Made by a program: the position numbers and the translations under genes. DNA of 64,000 nucleotides from Raillietiella orientalis (taxonomy: Eukaryota): NCBI GenBank assembly GCA_036172245.1, contig JAYWIR010000006.1, forward strand, positions 1,612,001 through 1,676,000. Reading direction: 5' to 3'. Below the pieces are notes generated by a model. The model was given only the letters and a program-made list of their open reading frames with translations, ran no database searches and had not been told where the DNA came from. Of this stretch, positions 10,790 through 22,699 are shown in pieces (position 1 is the first letter of the stretch; the number at the start of each line of letters is the position of its first letter).

Positions 10790-13700
10790 GAGGCCCTAGT
10801 GCAGCAGCAGCATCGATCCCTGACGTAACTCCGGGAGGTGGAGGTGCTTTCTCTGCTTCCGCCGCTTTGTCGCGACTCTTCACCGCAATGGTTCGTCCTT
10901 GACGAACGGAGATTTCCGCCCTCCCTCCTTCCACCCCCCCTTCCCCGAGCTGAAAACGTTCCCGCCACACGTCATCCTCCCTTCTATCCCTGCGTACGGG
11001 GATGCGAAGGACCTTTGGTTCGCATACCCTCTCGCGGGAGGTCCTTCTCCTTCGGGATGAGGCAGGGGAGGTGAAGCATCCGCGAGTCCGACAGCACCCC
11101 GAAAAGAAGAGCTCTCTTCCCTCAGGCTAGGGTGGGACTGCGGAGTCGCACCCAGAAAGCGAGGGCAATGCCAAAGTCTAGGCCGTTCCTGCCGAGCCGA
11201 AGGACGAAGCCAAGCTCAGGTGACCTTCGAGAGCTTTCCGAGTCGAGTGCGGAAACGCTCGGATTTCGAGGGAGCCCGCTGCTCCGTTCTTTCCCACTTC
11301 CCCATCCCTTCCTCCCACGGACCAGCTTCAGCGTTAATTAAGCAATTAAGCACGAAGTCGGACGGGTCCCGCGACCGGGATGCTCATTCCGGGACGTCAC
11401 GCCGCTTGGAGCACAACAGCCATCGGCGGGATGAGAGCCGGCCGCTACCAGGGATCGCGGCGCTGGCTGCGACCTCTGCTAATTGTGAAATCAATTTGCA
11501 AGTGAAAGTGTCAGTGAAACAAATCATCGGAGGGTGCGCGCAGAGCGCGACACCGATAGGTCGGGAACGGGAAAGGTTGCCCAGCGGTAGGTTGCTGCGC
11601 GCGAGCAGCTGCAGCTCCAATCTCGCGGTAATTTACTGGGCGATGGTCCCTTGTAATTGGGAAAGTTAGGGCAGGGGCTGGTGCAGGGAGCAGCCAACCC
11701 TTTCCTCGGCACGGAGAGCATTGCCTTCGTCCCTCATGCGCCTCCTTCCCTTCCCCCCCTCCTACTCCTCCTCTCCCTACCAGTCTACCGCTCTTGCGCG
11801 CGCTTTTCCCGGCATCCTCGACTTCGCCAGCCCTGCAACTTTTTATCGGATCTCAAGCGCGCGGTGCTCGCTCTTGTTCCCGGGGAGTCAGGGCGCGCGG
11901 ATAAGGGCACGTGCACAGGAGTGTGCTCCCCTGCTCCCCTCTGCTGCAGGAAGGCGTCCTTTCGCTCCTTATCTTTCTCCTGGGGCATTTTCAGAAGGGG
12001 ATCGATCGAACTCCGCCGCTTTGCCTGCTTCCGCGAAGAGAGACTTCTCGAATTCGTTTCCTGGACAACGGCAGAACGTCGTCCGAGGACACGAAAAGCT
12101 GCAAGGATGCTCCCTGAAAGCCTGTTCGCTTCCTGGATGGGCTCTTCTAAAGAGCATCCGCACTCCTCTCCCACGAGGGCTTCGTATTTGCATCCGGCTA
12201 TCTGCATCCTCCTCCCCTTCCCCCCCAAAAAGTGCAGCCATCCTACACGTCCCCCTTCCCAACCGCAGGTGTCCACGCGGAGTGACTCCATCTTGACAGA
12301 ACCCCTTTCGAAACCCCCAACGGTCTTCTTGTGGTCTGCAGAAGGACGACTTTGCACCACACGGGCGGGCGTTCTCCCCCCAGCAACTGTCGAACGACAA
12401 TTGGTGGGGAGAAGAACGTCCGCTTGATGCTGCCTGCTGCTTGCGCTGCGGCTGCTGTATGCAGCAGACGCGCGCCCGAAAGCCGACGGAAGTCGTAAAC
12501 CGAGTGGTGTTGGTGTTAGTGAAGGGAACTCGTCCAAGGGTCCCGCACCCACCAGACGTGCCCGAGCCCAGGACCCTCCCTGGGTTGCGTCGCGCCAGCA
12601 GCCCTCCTGTGGGAGCAAAACTCTCTGCAGCCAACCACCGCCACCTTTTCTTCCTGCCTGCCTCCCCGCCTTTCTAGTCCAGAGCCGCCCGGAACACGCG
12701 AAGCAGGGAACGCGGGAGGCAGTCCCCCGCGCGGGTAGCGAGAGTGACACGTGATTGCTACCTCCGATCCGCGGTTTCCAATGCGTAATCGATACCAGCT
12801 CCTTCTGGCAGCCTCCAAGGGCAGAGACGCGGCCGCCTCCGAGAGCGCACGAAAACCCGCGCGTTCGGCCGAGGGAGGAAACACCTGTCGGATGGACGTC
12901 AGGAGATATAGGAAGGTAGGGATTGTGACAGCAGTAAGAATTCTGGAGAAAAAGATCTCTCGTTCACAATCACGGTGGAGGACAAGCGGAGGAGGAACAG
13001 AACCCCGGCCTGCGTCCTGCCCCTCCTCCTCTTCCTTCTCCTGTCCTCCTCTTCCTCCTCCATTCTTCCTTCTCTCCCTGCTCCACCATTTTTCTTCCTC
13101 CTTTTTTCCTCCTTCTCCATTCCTTCTCCGTCTCTCTGCTCCCTTGCACTTTCTTCCACCGAAGACAGGAAGGACGGTGAGCCCGCCAGGTTCCAGCGGA
13201 GCCATTTTCCCTGGGACAACGGGGAGTGCGCCTCCAAGATGACCATCCACTCGCTCTCCTCCAAGGAATACTCTCTGGGAGCGGTTTCTACTCCTGTTCC
13301 GTAGAAGAGAGAGGTCGGGAGGGGCGCACGATGTTTCCTGTTGCCGTGCCGACGACGACGCTACGCGCGCGTTCTTCCCTTCTTGCTGTCCCCAAAGAAG
13401 GTCGCTGTTGCGGTGGTGGAACTCGCGACCTATGTATCCACTCCTCTCCCCCATCGTCCACAGCTTATGTGGAAAAGTTTGGCCTTCCTCTCCTGCTGCA
13501 CGCACGTGTCCGCACTCTCGGAGCTCAGAATCAATCACGCCGCGCTCATCCCTCCGGTGGAAACGCGCTGGATTTCCGGCTAAGCTCCAGAAGAGCCTCC
13601 GAAATCCCTTCATTTGCATTCAAAGCTTCGAATGTGTTTTTTTTTCCCTCTCCCTCTCTCCCTTTTCTTCCCCCCCCCCCAACTTCCATCCTGTTTGCAC

Positions 13701-14640
13701 CCGTCTCTCCCAGCCACCTCAGATCCTGAGTCCTCTGTTTGCTCCCTTCTTTGCCCTCTGGATTACGGGATGGCATCCTCTCCACTCTGCTGTACCCGGA
13801 GATGCGAAATCTTCCTCATTCTTTGGTTCCAAATTTATCCCTGGATGATGTTACCCGGCTTGCCGTTCCCTGCATCCCAGCCGCGTATTTTATCGCCACG
13901 ATGTTTGTTTGACTGATTTTTTTTTTTTTTTTTCAATTCCCTAACGGATTTTGTTGGATTTTTTCCTTCCCCCTCTCCCCCCACTTTTTTTTCTTCCAGA
14001 GGGAAACTCACATTCTTGAGAGCACATGAAACGCGTCCTTCATCCTCTCGGTCTATCCCTCCTCCGGGACTCTGTTCAGCAAAAGCGCGTCTTCTCCGTC
14101 GGAGAAAGAGAGGGACGAAACGTTCCTTTCGGGACTGCTTCCGGAAGCAGTAGGTGGCGCTCAATGCCAGCGGCGTCCCGTCTGGTTGGCCTTTCATCTT
14201 TCCTCGATGGCGAAGACACCACCGATGATCTGAGCGGGACCTCCGGTTGCTACAACTCAGCGGGGAAGGGACGGACCAGGAGGAAGCATTCATCGGGTTC
14301 CCTGGGAAGCCCCAGCAGCCCTCGGGGGGAACATTCGTTCGAGTACATCGAGCTGGAGGAACCTGTGCTGCCCCTCACCTGACACGTCGCCCGAGCAGCT
14401 TCGGCCTGCAGGACCGCTTCCGGAATCAGCACCGACTTCAGGAGAAAACGGAGCGGTCCATATCCTCCCCGACCGAGTGCTTAAGCGGACGCCTCCGCAC
14501 TTCCCCTCGGGCGGCAGCACGCAGACGCACCTTCCTGCACCGGACCTTCCTGTCCGACGAGCGCCGCCACTGCCTCGAGAGGGCGAGCACCTAACCCGAC
14601 CACGCTGGATGAGGATCGCTTCCGCATCCGCTGCTGGGCT
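10790..14640 (+). pseudogene. Decayed fused-histone array block (about 2.5 units)
   Basis: EVLSLLPPLCRD ~ H2A EVLELAGNAARD; SDLKRAVLALVPGESGRA ~ H2B REIQTAVRLLLPGELAKHA, followed in frame by LSFSWGIFRR ~ H2A; GRDAAA and TCRMDVRRYRKVG ~ H4; RRRYARV ~ H2A; RRTFLHRTFLSD..HCLERA ~ H4. Confidence 0.55.
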
Positions 14641-14899
14641 GCTGCGGCGCACTTGTCCCTCTTTGGAGGGGTGCGTTCCAGGCAGGAGTCCAGCAATCCC
14701 CGTAGCGGGATCAGGTAGGTGGGATCCCCTAAAGAGCATCTCCTCCTGAACGATCTGTCTGCGGCCTAGCAGTGAGCAGGTCTGCGGAAACGTGGTCATA
14801 CTCCAGAAACTGGAAGCAACTCTTCCTTCGCCTCCCCCATTCGTGTCTTCTCTCCTGCTACGAGGACTCCAGAGCAGGGTACCCTCTCTCCGACCCAGG

Positions 14900-15615
14900 T
14901 TCACCAACTGCTGAAGAACCGCAAGCCTCCTTAAGGGGGGCTCTTTGATACCGTCCATGCCACCCGAGAGTGCGTGCAACTCTTCATGTCAGAGGATAAC
15001 TTCGTAGGGACCACCCTATGGATCCAGGAAGGGCTCTGGAGGAAGGAGTCCGCTCCCCTCTTACTCTTGGGAAGGAACCCCGAAGGGAGTCTCTCCCTTA
15101 TTCTCTCCGGAGGGACCTCCCAATTCGTGGAGGTCGCTCCTGGGTTCTCTTCCGAAGGGACCTCCCGAAAAGGATGCGCTCTTTGTTTGCTCCTCTGAAG
15201 AGAACCCGGAAGAGACGCTCCCGGATTTCTCCCAAGAGCACTCTCTGAAGCTTCTGGACACTCTAGAGAAGCAACCTCCGAGGGGGGCATCAACCAGCTC
15301 CAAGAAATACAGTGATGGCCCCATTTTTACAGCCGAAGGGGAACCCCGAAGAGCTCCTTGGCTCCTGGAAGGACCCCGGAGAGTCGACTTCCAATCCCAG
15401 TCAGTCCACGCGGGTGCCCAGGAGTTTCCGGATTCCATCGGTGGCCGCACTGGAAGCCGACAGGCCAACCAGAATCATCCTACGTGGGGGGAGACTCAAA
15501 ACTCACGACACACACCACATTTTTCGGCGTCGATCCTTTCCCGGGCGGGATTCGAACCCGCGACGCTCGGTGCCACGCGCGTGGAGGCAGCAGCCACAAG
15601 GCCGCCAACGCGCGT
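14900..15615 (-). mobile_element. tRNA-headed SINE-like repeat, copy 1
   Basis: The minus-strand head GCGTTGGCGGCCTTGTGG..GCTGCCTCCA resembles tRNA-Gly(TCC). It has a perfect T-arm/B-box GCGGG-TTCGAAT-CCCGC (15545-15561). The body is similar to 20680-21170, 22432-22610 and 27345-27790. Confidence 0.75.
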
Positions 15616-15779
15616 GGACCAAGGCCGCGGTCTCTGCACATGAGAATCCAGAAAGTCGGGAATTGAACCACCCTCCCTGGTAGTAACCTCTACAGGGAGA
15701 GGCCTCGCAATCGGTGGCCCCTCCTACTTTTCTCCGACACGAAACATCCTGTTCACTTGTTTTCTTCATTGCTCCTTCC

Positions 15780-16900
15780 GCCAACGGACGACGGTGAAAA
15801 CCACCGGGAGCACGACCGCGCCTCGAGCAGATGCCCTTCTGGCCTGGACTCTGTAGGTAATTTCCTTTCGACTTGCATACAGCATGTGCGCCAAAGTGAA
15901 CGGGGGCAATGACTCAGAGACGACCGATTCCGGATGCAAGGGAAGACGAGGTCTTCCATTCGATATATCACACCATCCATTCCTTTCGTAGACAAGGGGA
16001 AGCTCTCGAGGGTTCTGGACTTCCCCTGGAAGGGAGGAGATCCTCCAGATCGCAGCAGACCCGAACTCGCCGCTCACTGGCCACCGGCGTCAACAACCGA
16101 GCGCGCGCCCGAGGAGACCCGCGAGAGGAGGCCGCAAGCAGAGAACCAGGACGATCCCGCCGCCGGAAATACCAGCTTCGGAGGGCTCTGAACCAGGTGC
16201 GATCCTCTCTCAAGATCTGAGCATCCAGAGGTCGGATCAATTTCCCAGAAGAAACGGATCTTCAGATTCAGATCTTTATCTTTACGATCTCCTCTACACT
16301 TCCACCAGCTGGTCGACTCTGCCAGCACGCGACGAGCCTCTGCTTTGAGGTCCGCGACCCAGCCGATGTTCCCAGTAGATGTCTCTGTGGAGTCGGATGC
16401 TGGGACGCACCCACAGGCTCCCTCATCCAAGACGCGGAGCAAGTCCGGAAGCCCGCCTTCGCCTTTCTCAGCTTCGCCGGACCTCTTCCTAAATCGCCGA
16501 AGAGCTCTTGTAGGTGCGGGCAGCGACCGGGACCCTCTGCTTGCATTCCCAGAACGAGCCGGAGGTGTGGGAGTCGACGCCGGGAATCGACCGGAAGCAG
16601 GCAGGCCTCAGCCCCGTCGTTTCCACGTTCGGACTTCCCTGCTCCGCCCTTTGAATGAACCGGGTCGGCAAAAGAGGAACCTCTTCTTGGGTGCAACCTG
16701 GCAACCCTTTCCTCTGGTTCGCGGTGGCCCAGCTCGCTCTTACAGTTAATGCCTCTGCACAAAAAACGAAATAGCTGCTTGGGTCCCCGAAGAAATTGTA
16801 GCTCCTTCTCTGAAGACAGGAGGCGCTGGAGTCCTGGGTTGCCACACTGGAAGTACGCCAAGAGGAACTGCGCCCGCTGTGAAAACTCCCATGCAAGCAA
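15780..16900 (+). pseudogene. Decayed histone block H4-H2B-H2A-(H3), cut by a LINE
   Basis: ORF 15909..16220: TIHSFRRQGEALEG ~ H4 VVYALKRQGRTLYG continues to RRRKYQLRRALNQV ~ H2B; AGRLCQHA ~ ASRLAHY; GVGVDA ~ H2A RVGAGA; RRRWSPG ~ H3 HRYRPG. Confidence 0.6.
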
Positions 16901-17820
16901 GTTCTACAGGACTGGACGCAGTGGCCCCGAACAGCCGTCGCATCCCCTGCCTCAGCCCTGTCTTCCCTGAGGGCAAGCGATGACAGCAGCCAACCGGCGG
17001 AGTGTGAGTCGTCCTGCCACTTGCAAGTCCTCGACCCGGCTGCAGAACGAGTCAGCTGGCGAGGCGCCGGCGCTCTTCGTTCCCAGGAGGAGAGACTCCT
17101 TCGGTGGAGCGTGACCTGCATTATGTGCCCCCGAAGAAATCGCGGTCCCTCCTCCTCTGTGTGTGGACACCTCCGTTTCCCCACTGTGGTGAAAACGGGA
17201 CGTCCTGCTGTCCCTGCAATGGAGATTCCACTGCAATCAGTGCAGGTACCCAGCTTCCGGAGGAGTTGTCTGACGGCCATCACCCTGCTTCCGAAATGGT
17301 TCCAGCTACGGGGCGATGAGATCGTTCCCGCACCTAGTGTTGGACTCCAGTGCACTGGAGTATATGTGACGAAGACTCGCTCCGCCACCCAGAAGACACC
17401 GCCAAAGACTTGCTGCGGCGCTTCTTCTTCACTCGGGGCGGGCTGAAGACAGGGTCGTGATCGTGACGAGATGCTGCATCCGTGCCAGACAGCCCTCTCC
17501 GTGATGGAGTCTCGTTCGCAGCGAAGGGAGGCCAGCCGCATGGCGGCCGCCTTGATGAGAACGGCAACGAGATGGTGCCTCACCTGCAAGAAGTCTCCAC
17601 GGAGATTTGGCTCCAGCTGTAGGAAGAAAGGAGTGGCTGAAGCCAGAAACCCGTGACCCTACCTTCCCATCTTTTCATATTCATTGACTGTCCTTTCATC
17701 CCACTCCTGACTTCCTTAGAAGGCGGCCTGCGAGCTGATGGTCATTTCCACAGAACTTCACCTTTTTTTGTCTTGTAATTTATTTATTTTCAAGTAAACG
17801 TCCCGACATGACCGGGTGCA
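16900..17820 (+). mobile_element. 3' fragment of L1/Tx1-like LINE (subfamily B)
   Basis: SFPHLVLDS..HPEDTAKDLLRRFF and ALMRTATRW match the other copies; ends with CCCGACATGACCGGGTG. Confidence 0.7.
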
Positions 17821-17839
17821 AAACAAAAAACGAGCAAGC

Positions 17840-20660
17840 GACGCTCCCTAGGGCTTTCCACGAAAACTCCAGGAACAAGTTGGTTCCGCTGGACCATGGA
17901 AGACGCCAACCGTGCAATGCAGTACGCCGACCGAAAATTGGGTCTCCGTTGCACGCACCATCACCGCCTAGAGTTGCACGGATATAACGAGAAAGAGAAC
18001 CAGCGGAAGTACTTCCGAGAAAAGTTGCAGCTACTATGATCTGGACACCGCTCGGAGCAAACGGCAGGAAGCAGAGGGGAGCAAGAGGCCATCAAGACTT
18101 GCATCTCCCTGTGAGCGGCGGAGATAGATGGTCCGGTCGCTGGTGACAGCGATTCGGGATGTGCGAGAGAGCGCTCCCTCCTCCCGTCTCGCAGGTGCTC
18201 CTTCTTGCCGCCGCGCATCTTCAAGGCGTCCGATTAGCTCCGTGCCTGCTGCTCCAAGGGTGCAGCAGACACGGACAGGAGCTCACCGCGTGGATGAACC
18301 CCTCATCAGCGTGCTCATCCATCTTGCAAAGTTCTCAAGGTCGCAGAGTCGGTTGCGACCACCAGGGATCTGCTTCCCTGAACGTCCCAGTTCCCAGTAT
18401 CTCTAGGGTCGCAAAAAATCTTCGTCAGCCTCGATCTTGTTATCTTCTGTCCACGTCCGTGAGAGCAAATCACGGTCTTTGCACGAAAAAAAAAAAAGAA
18501 CAGCTTCTTCGCTGCGCCTGAAACAGAAGTGGATGGGGAACCCCTTAGGTAAAGCTCACGGCCTTCAACCTTATCGAGAATCAGCTGCAGAACCACACAG
18601 GAATGCGGTCGCTCTTCGCCGTCATTGGAGGTATTGTAGGCGAGATTCTGGTCCAAGGATTATCGATCTCCGGACAAAACTAGGCGACGGCACGCTCGCA
18701 TCTCTTTCCATCGCTTCCCAAAAGAAAAAAAAAACGCGTTCCTTCCATCTGCGCTGCGTGCATCTTCAAGACAATCGAGGAGAGCTGATTGGTCTATGGG
18801 TGGGAACACGCACGCACGCACGCACACACACAAAAAAAGAGAAATCGACAACGACCAGAAGGGCCAAAACGCTGTCGAGTTCATCCTGGCCTCTTCACCT
18901 GCGCGCGTGCTCCTTCGCCGCAGAGAAATACGAGGTCCTCGAGCGAGGTTTCCATTTCCTGGTCCATCTCGCCCCCCTTCCCCTCCCGGAGCAGAAAGAG
19001 AAATCCTGGAGCGGGGACGACCTCCCCGGAAGGAAGGAGAAGCGCAGCGGCACGGGGAAAAAAGCTGACCGCTTCCCCCTCCCCTTCCCAAGGCGAGCTC
19101 CCAGGAACAATGGCAGCGGGAACGCGGATCGAAGAAGAGAGTCCCTCCACCCCTTCGCCACCCCTCCCCCATCCTTTCGAGAATGGTGTGGGGCACTACT
19201 GCTTTCTCCTCGAGTGTCCAAAAGTGAGGATCGAAGCAGAAATTTACCGCCCACCGCGGCTTTGTGCCCCTACGCGATCCCTCGGGTTTTTGAGCTCTCG
19301 AAAATCCCGTCAAAGGCCATCTCGAAGGAACCAGAAGTCCAGCGACGGCGTCTCCGCCGTGTAAATCAAACGCCGCTGATTTTTATTGTCCGTCGTTGTG
19401 AATGTGCACGTTTCCTCCTCCTCCTCCGAGGCAGCGCACACGATATCAAGATGCAGACATCGACACAGAGCAAATATTGACGATATGGCCTCCCGAGACC
19501 AGGCGCCACGGGTTCCAGGTATCGGATCAGCGCCACGGATTCCGGAGACCAGCGACCTGCGTCTCGAAGCGGTCCTGCCGCAGGACGCGCAAACTCTTCT
19601 CGAATGGTCCACAGGTGACAGCCAGCTTTTTCCCTGAGGTGGTCGTCGACTCTGGAGAACCAAAGAGCTCGCCCTCCAGAGCGTTCGGCTGAAGCAAGGG
19701 ATGGACCACCAACGAAGAGGGGCTCCTCCTGAGAAGACCAACTGGCGCTGACGCGTGGCTCACAGTGGACGCTCCGAATGCCTCCGGTGACGAAGACAAG
19801 ACTGTTAACACTTGGGTCCAATATCTCCTGAGAGCCTTAGGTGCTGCTTCTGTCAGGGAGACAGATACGGCGGAGTCACGCCAGCTTTCCGCGGGGAAAG
19901 TTGGTCAAGCGGGAAGGAAGACTTGAGGGAGGGGGGAGGGAAGGACACATCCCTCAAGGATGACTCCCTGGAGCGGAGAGATTCCTGCTAGACCCTCCGG
20001 GAGCGAACCGAGAGGATTCACGACGAGCAGGCGGGAGAGGCCGAAAGCAGCACCTACTCTTCCCAAAGCAGGGCTAAAGAAGGAACTTTCTGGAGCTCCT
20101 GGGAAATTTCAGGACTCTTGCGGCTCTTGTCCGAACGACCGATCGCGCGCATCCGGGAAAAACTTCGCGCGCAAAATCAAATACTTGGGTTCCCACGCAT
20201 CCCGATCTCCCGAGATCTAGGTTCTCGCGAGGTATAAATCATCGCAAATCGAAATACGAGCCCCCCTCCCCCTCCCCATTCTCGAGGCCCTATCCCTTTT
20301 CAGTAAGCCTTTTGTTTCTCTCGCACTTCAGAATTTATTGCACGCCTAATAGGATGTCAGCTCACTCGGAGTAAAATTCATTTTCCCTCTTCCTGTTCCT
20401 GTGGCCAGAGGGCGTTTTTTTTTCCTTTTTGGGTTTCCACCTGCACCGGGAACCCGTCCTGCGCCAGCCATAAAGTGGCCCCCTCCGTTCCGCGCGCTCC
20501 TACTCCACGCTTCGCGCTGCGAAACGACCGCCGAGCCGCTTCCGAGCTGAAACCCGCAGCAGGCAGCTGCCTGAGACTCCGAGGGCATTCTACCGTGCGG
20601 GCGGCACAGCTCCGGTCCGAACGCGCCCAAGGTCGGCAAGCTCTTCTCCGCGGTCAGGGG
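17840..20660 (+). pseudogene. Decayed fused-histone array block H3-H4-H2B-H2A-H3-H4-H2B-H2A...
   Basis: MEDANRAMQYADRK ~ H3 FEDTNLCAIHAKR; HLAKFSRSQS ~ H2B RLAHYNKRST; AVIGGIVGEILVQG ~ H2A AVLEYLTAEILELAG; LQDNRGELIGLW ~ H3; LRLEAVLPQDAQTLLEW ~ H2A; TPRFALRND ~ H2A PRHLQLAIRND. Confidence 0.55.
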
Positions 20661-20679
20661 ATCACGCCGAGCAAAGGAG

Positions 20680-21170
20680 CCCGGGTTGGCGGCCGTGCGG
20701 CTGCTGCCTCCGTGGGGTGACACCAGGCGTTGCGGGTTCGAATCCCACCCAGGGAAACCTCGACACCGAGAAATGCGGGGTGCGTCGCGACCCCGCATGA
20801 TGACGCTGGTTGGCCCACGGGCTTCGGGCAAGGCACAGGTGGAAGCCAGAAACCCCCGCTGACTGGCCGGGATTGGAGGTTGATCCACCGGGATCCTTCC
20901 AAGAGTCAAGGAGTCCTTCGAATTCCCCTCCGGTTGTGAAAATGGGGACGCCATCGCATTCCATGGGGCTGGTTGATACCCCCCTCAAGGGGGGTTGCCT
21001 CTCCAGAGTGTCAAGAAGTTTCGGGGAGCGTTCCTTCGGGGTTCTCTTCAGAGGAGCAAACCAGGAGAGGATCCTTTCCTGGGTCCCTCTGGAGAAGAAA
21101 CGAGGAGCAACTCCTCTGGGGGTTTCTCTCTCCAGAGAGTATAAGGAAGAGTCTCCCTCAGGGTCCCTTT
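20680..21170 (+). mobile_element. tRNA-headed SINE-like repeat, copy 2 (5' part)
   Basis: GGTTGGCGGCC..GCTGCCTCC head and GCGGGTTCGAATCCCAC T-arm (20732-20748); the body aligns to copies 1 and 3. Confidence 0.75.
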
Positions 21171-21249
21171 CGGAGACAACCAGGACGAAGTTTCTTTCGG
21201 TGCACCCCTACCACTGATGCGAGTCCGCACGATACCAAGCTACCACGAT

Positions 21250-22425
21250 ATCAAGCGAGCTAACGGCTACGCGGGACTGCTACGCGAGAGGCAACGTGTC
21301 CCGCTGCGGGCTTGAGCTCCGGTAGGTGACCAAGCTGACCAGGACCAACAACTGGATCTTCTGTTGGCCCGCGAACGATTGTGCCTGGTTGGAGGAAACC
21401 GTTCGCACATGGACCAAGAACGACGAAACGAGCCTGGAGATGTGGTAGCGACTGCTGCATTCCTTCTACAACAACCGCTCGCTGCAGGACGTCATCGTGG
21501 GCAGCCCACCACGTGCGAGTGGGCGCAAAGGACCTCCCTACCCGCGGCACTGCCTTCCCTCAGGGAGCACCTGAGAAGTAACCAGCCGGTCGAATGGGAG
21601 GTCAGATGCGAAATCAGTCAGAAGACGAGGCAGGTGAGTGAATGGAGCACAGGCCAGCTCACGGACGCTGCAATCCCACCGAAGGGACTATTGCGCTGGC
21701 GTGAGCTGCTGAGAATCCCACAGGAACACCTCGAGTGGCCCCCAGAGCTGAAGAACACCCGGGGTCTCCCCCTGAAGTGGCAGGGGTTGACGTCGATGCT
21801 GTTGCACTGGGTCCTCCCGTGCAAGGCCCGCCGGTTTCACTGGACCCGGGGGGCTGTGGATCCCAACTGTTGCAGGTGCGAGGAACGGGAATCCCTGCTC
21901 CCGCATCTGCTCGTGGACTCTGTTGTCCTCCGGTCCCCGTGTTTGCGTTACGCAACGGCCCTTGGTGCACCGACGGACCATCCCAAGGATGCCCTTTCTG
22001 CTGCCGCGTCCCCAGCAGCTCTTTGCTGCTGCCTACGCGGGATTGTGACGGCCTAAAGCTACGCAAGAGGAGGACGGCACGAGAGGGACGCCATCTGCTT
22101 CGCCCTGCGCTTCATGAGGACGGCAGCAAGATGGCCCCACCTGGGGCACACGCGGATGGAACAAGGCAGCATCCTGGAAAGGATGCAGAGGACGCCCTCC
22201 AACTCCCGCTGATCCCTCCCCAAGCCCTCCCAATTTTTTTTGTATATACTTTTTTTTTTAATTTTCTGTTTGCCTGCTCTCCCTCCGCTTGGCGAGGCGA
22301 ACCTCGCCGGCCTGAGTGCCGGTTGCTCGGCAAGATCCGAGCATTTCCGGACAATGTAGGGCCGATGGCCCTACACACGTATGTTTTTTTTTATATAATG
22401 AACGTCCCAGCGTGACCGGGTAATC
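21250..22425 (+). mobile_element. 3' fragment of L1/Tx1-like LINE (subfamily A), nested in SINE copy 2
   Basis: ORF 21364..22056: LHWVLPCKARRFHW..DPNCCRCEERESLLPHLLVD is a zf-RVT-like motif. The 3' UTR has a perfect hairpin at 22355-22375 and ends with CCCAGCGTGACCGGGT. Confidence 0.8.
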
Positions 22426-22431
22426 AAGATA

Positions 22432-22636
22432 CCAAGCGTAAGAGGAGTAAACTCCTTTCTCTGGAGCTCTTCCTGGATTCATGAGGTGGGCCCCACGAAA
22501 GAGCCACCCCTAATTGTAAGAGTGGCACGCACCCTCGGGTGGCGTGGACAGCATGAAAGGGCTTCGTGAGCCCCCTCTGAGGAGGCAAACCTCTCTCCAG
22601 CACTTCTTGAGGACCAAAATAAAAATAAAAAAAATA
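22432..22636 (+). mobile_element. SINE-like repeat copy 2 (3' part) with A-rich tail
   Basis: CCAAGCGTAAGAGG..TTCCTGGATTCAT..AAGAGTGGCACGCACCCTCGGGTGG matches copy 1 (reverse of 14930-15070) and copy 3; followed by AAAATAAAAATAAAAAAAATA. Confidence 0.7.
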
Positions 22637-22699
22637 CCAGGGGGAGGGGCATAGGGGCCCTGCCTGAATCGAAGCTCCCAGTTTAAAAATAGAAAAAAT

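Noticed and set aside
15538..15612. Functional tRNA gene (also 20683-20755)
   Set aside because: Only the T-arm is intact, acceptor and anticodon stems are not, and it is attached to a dispersed repeat body.
17890..19320. Helitron/PIF1 helicase relic (GAADTDRS as a decayed Walker A, FNLIENQLQ..VGE)
   Set aside because: The motifs need many substitutions, and the same bases give H3-H4-H2B-H2A matches in array order. Not fully excluded without an HMM search.
21015..21060. Hammerhead ribozyme (CTGAAGA...GAAA on the minus strand)
   Set aside because: Stem II does not pair, and GAAA is missing in copy 1.
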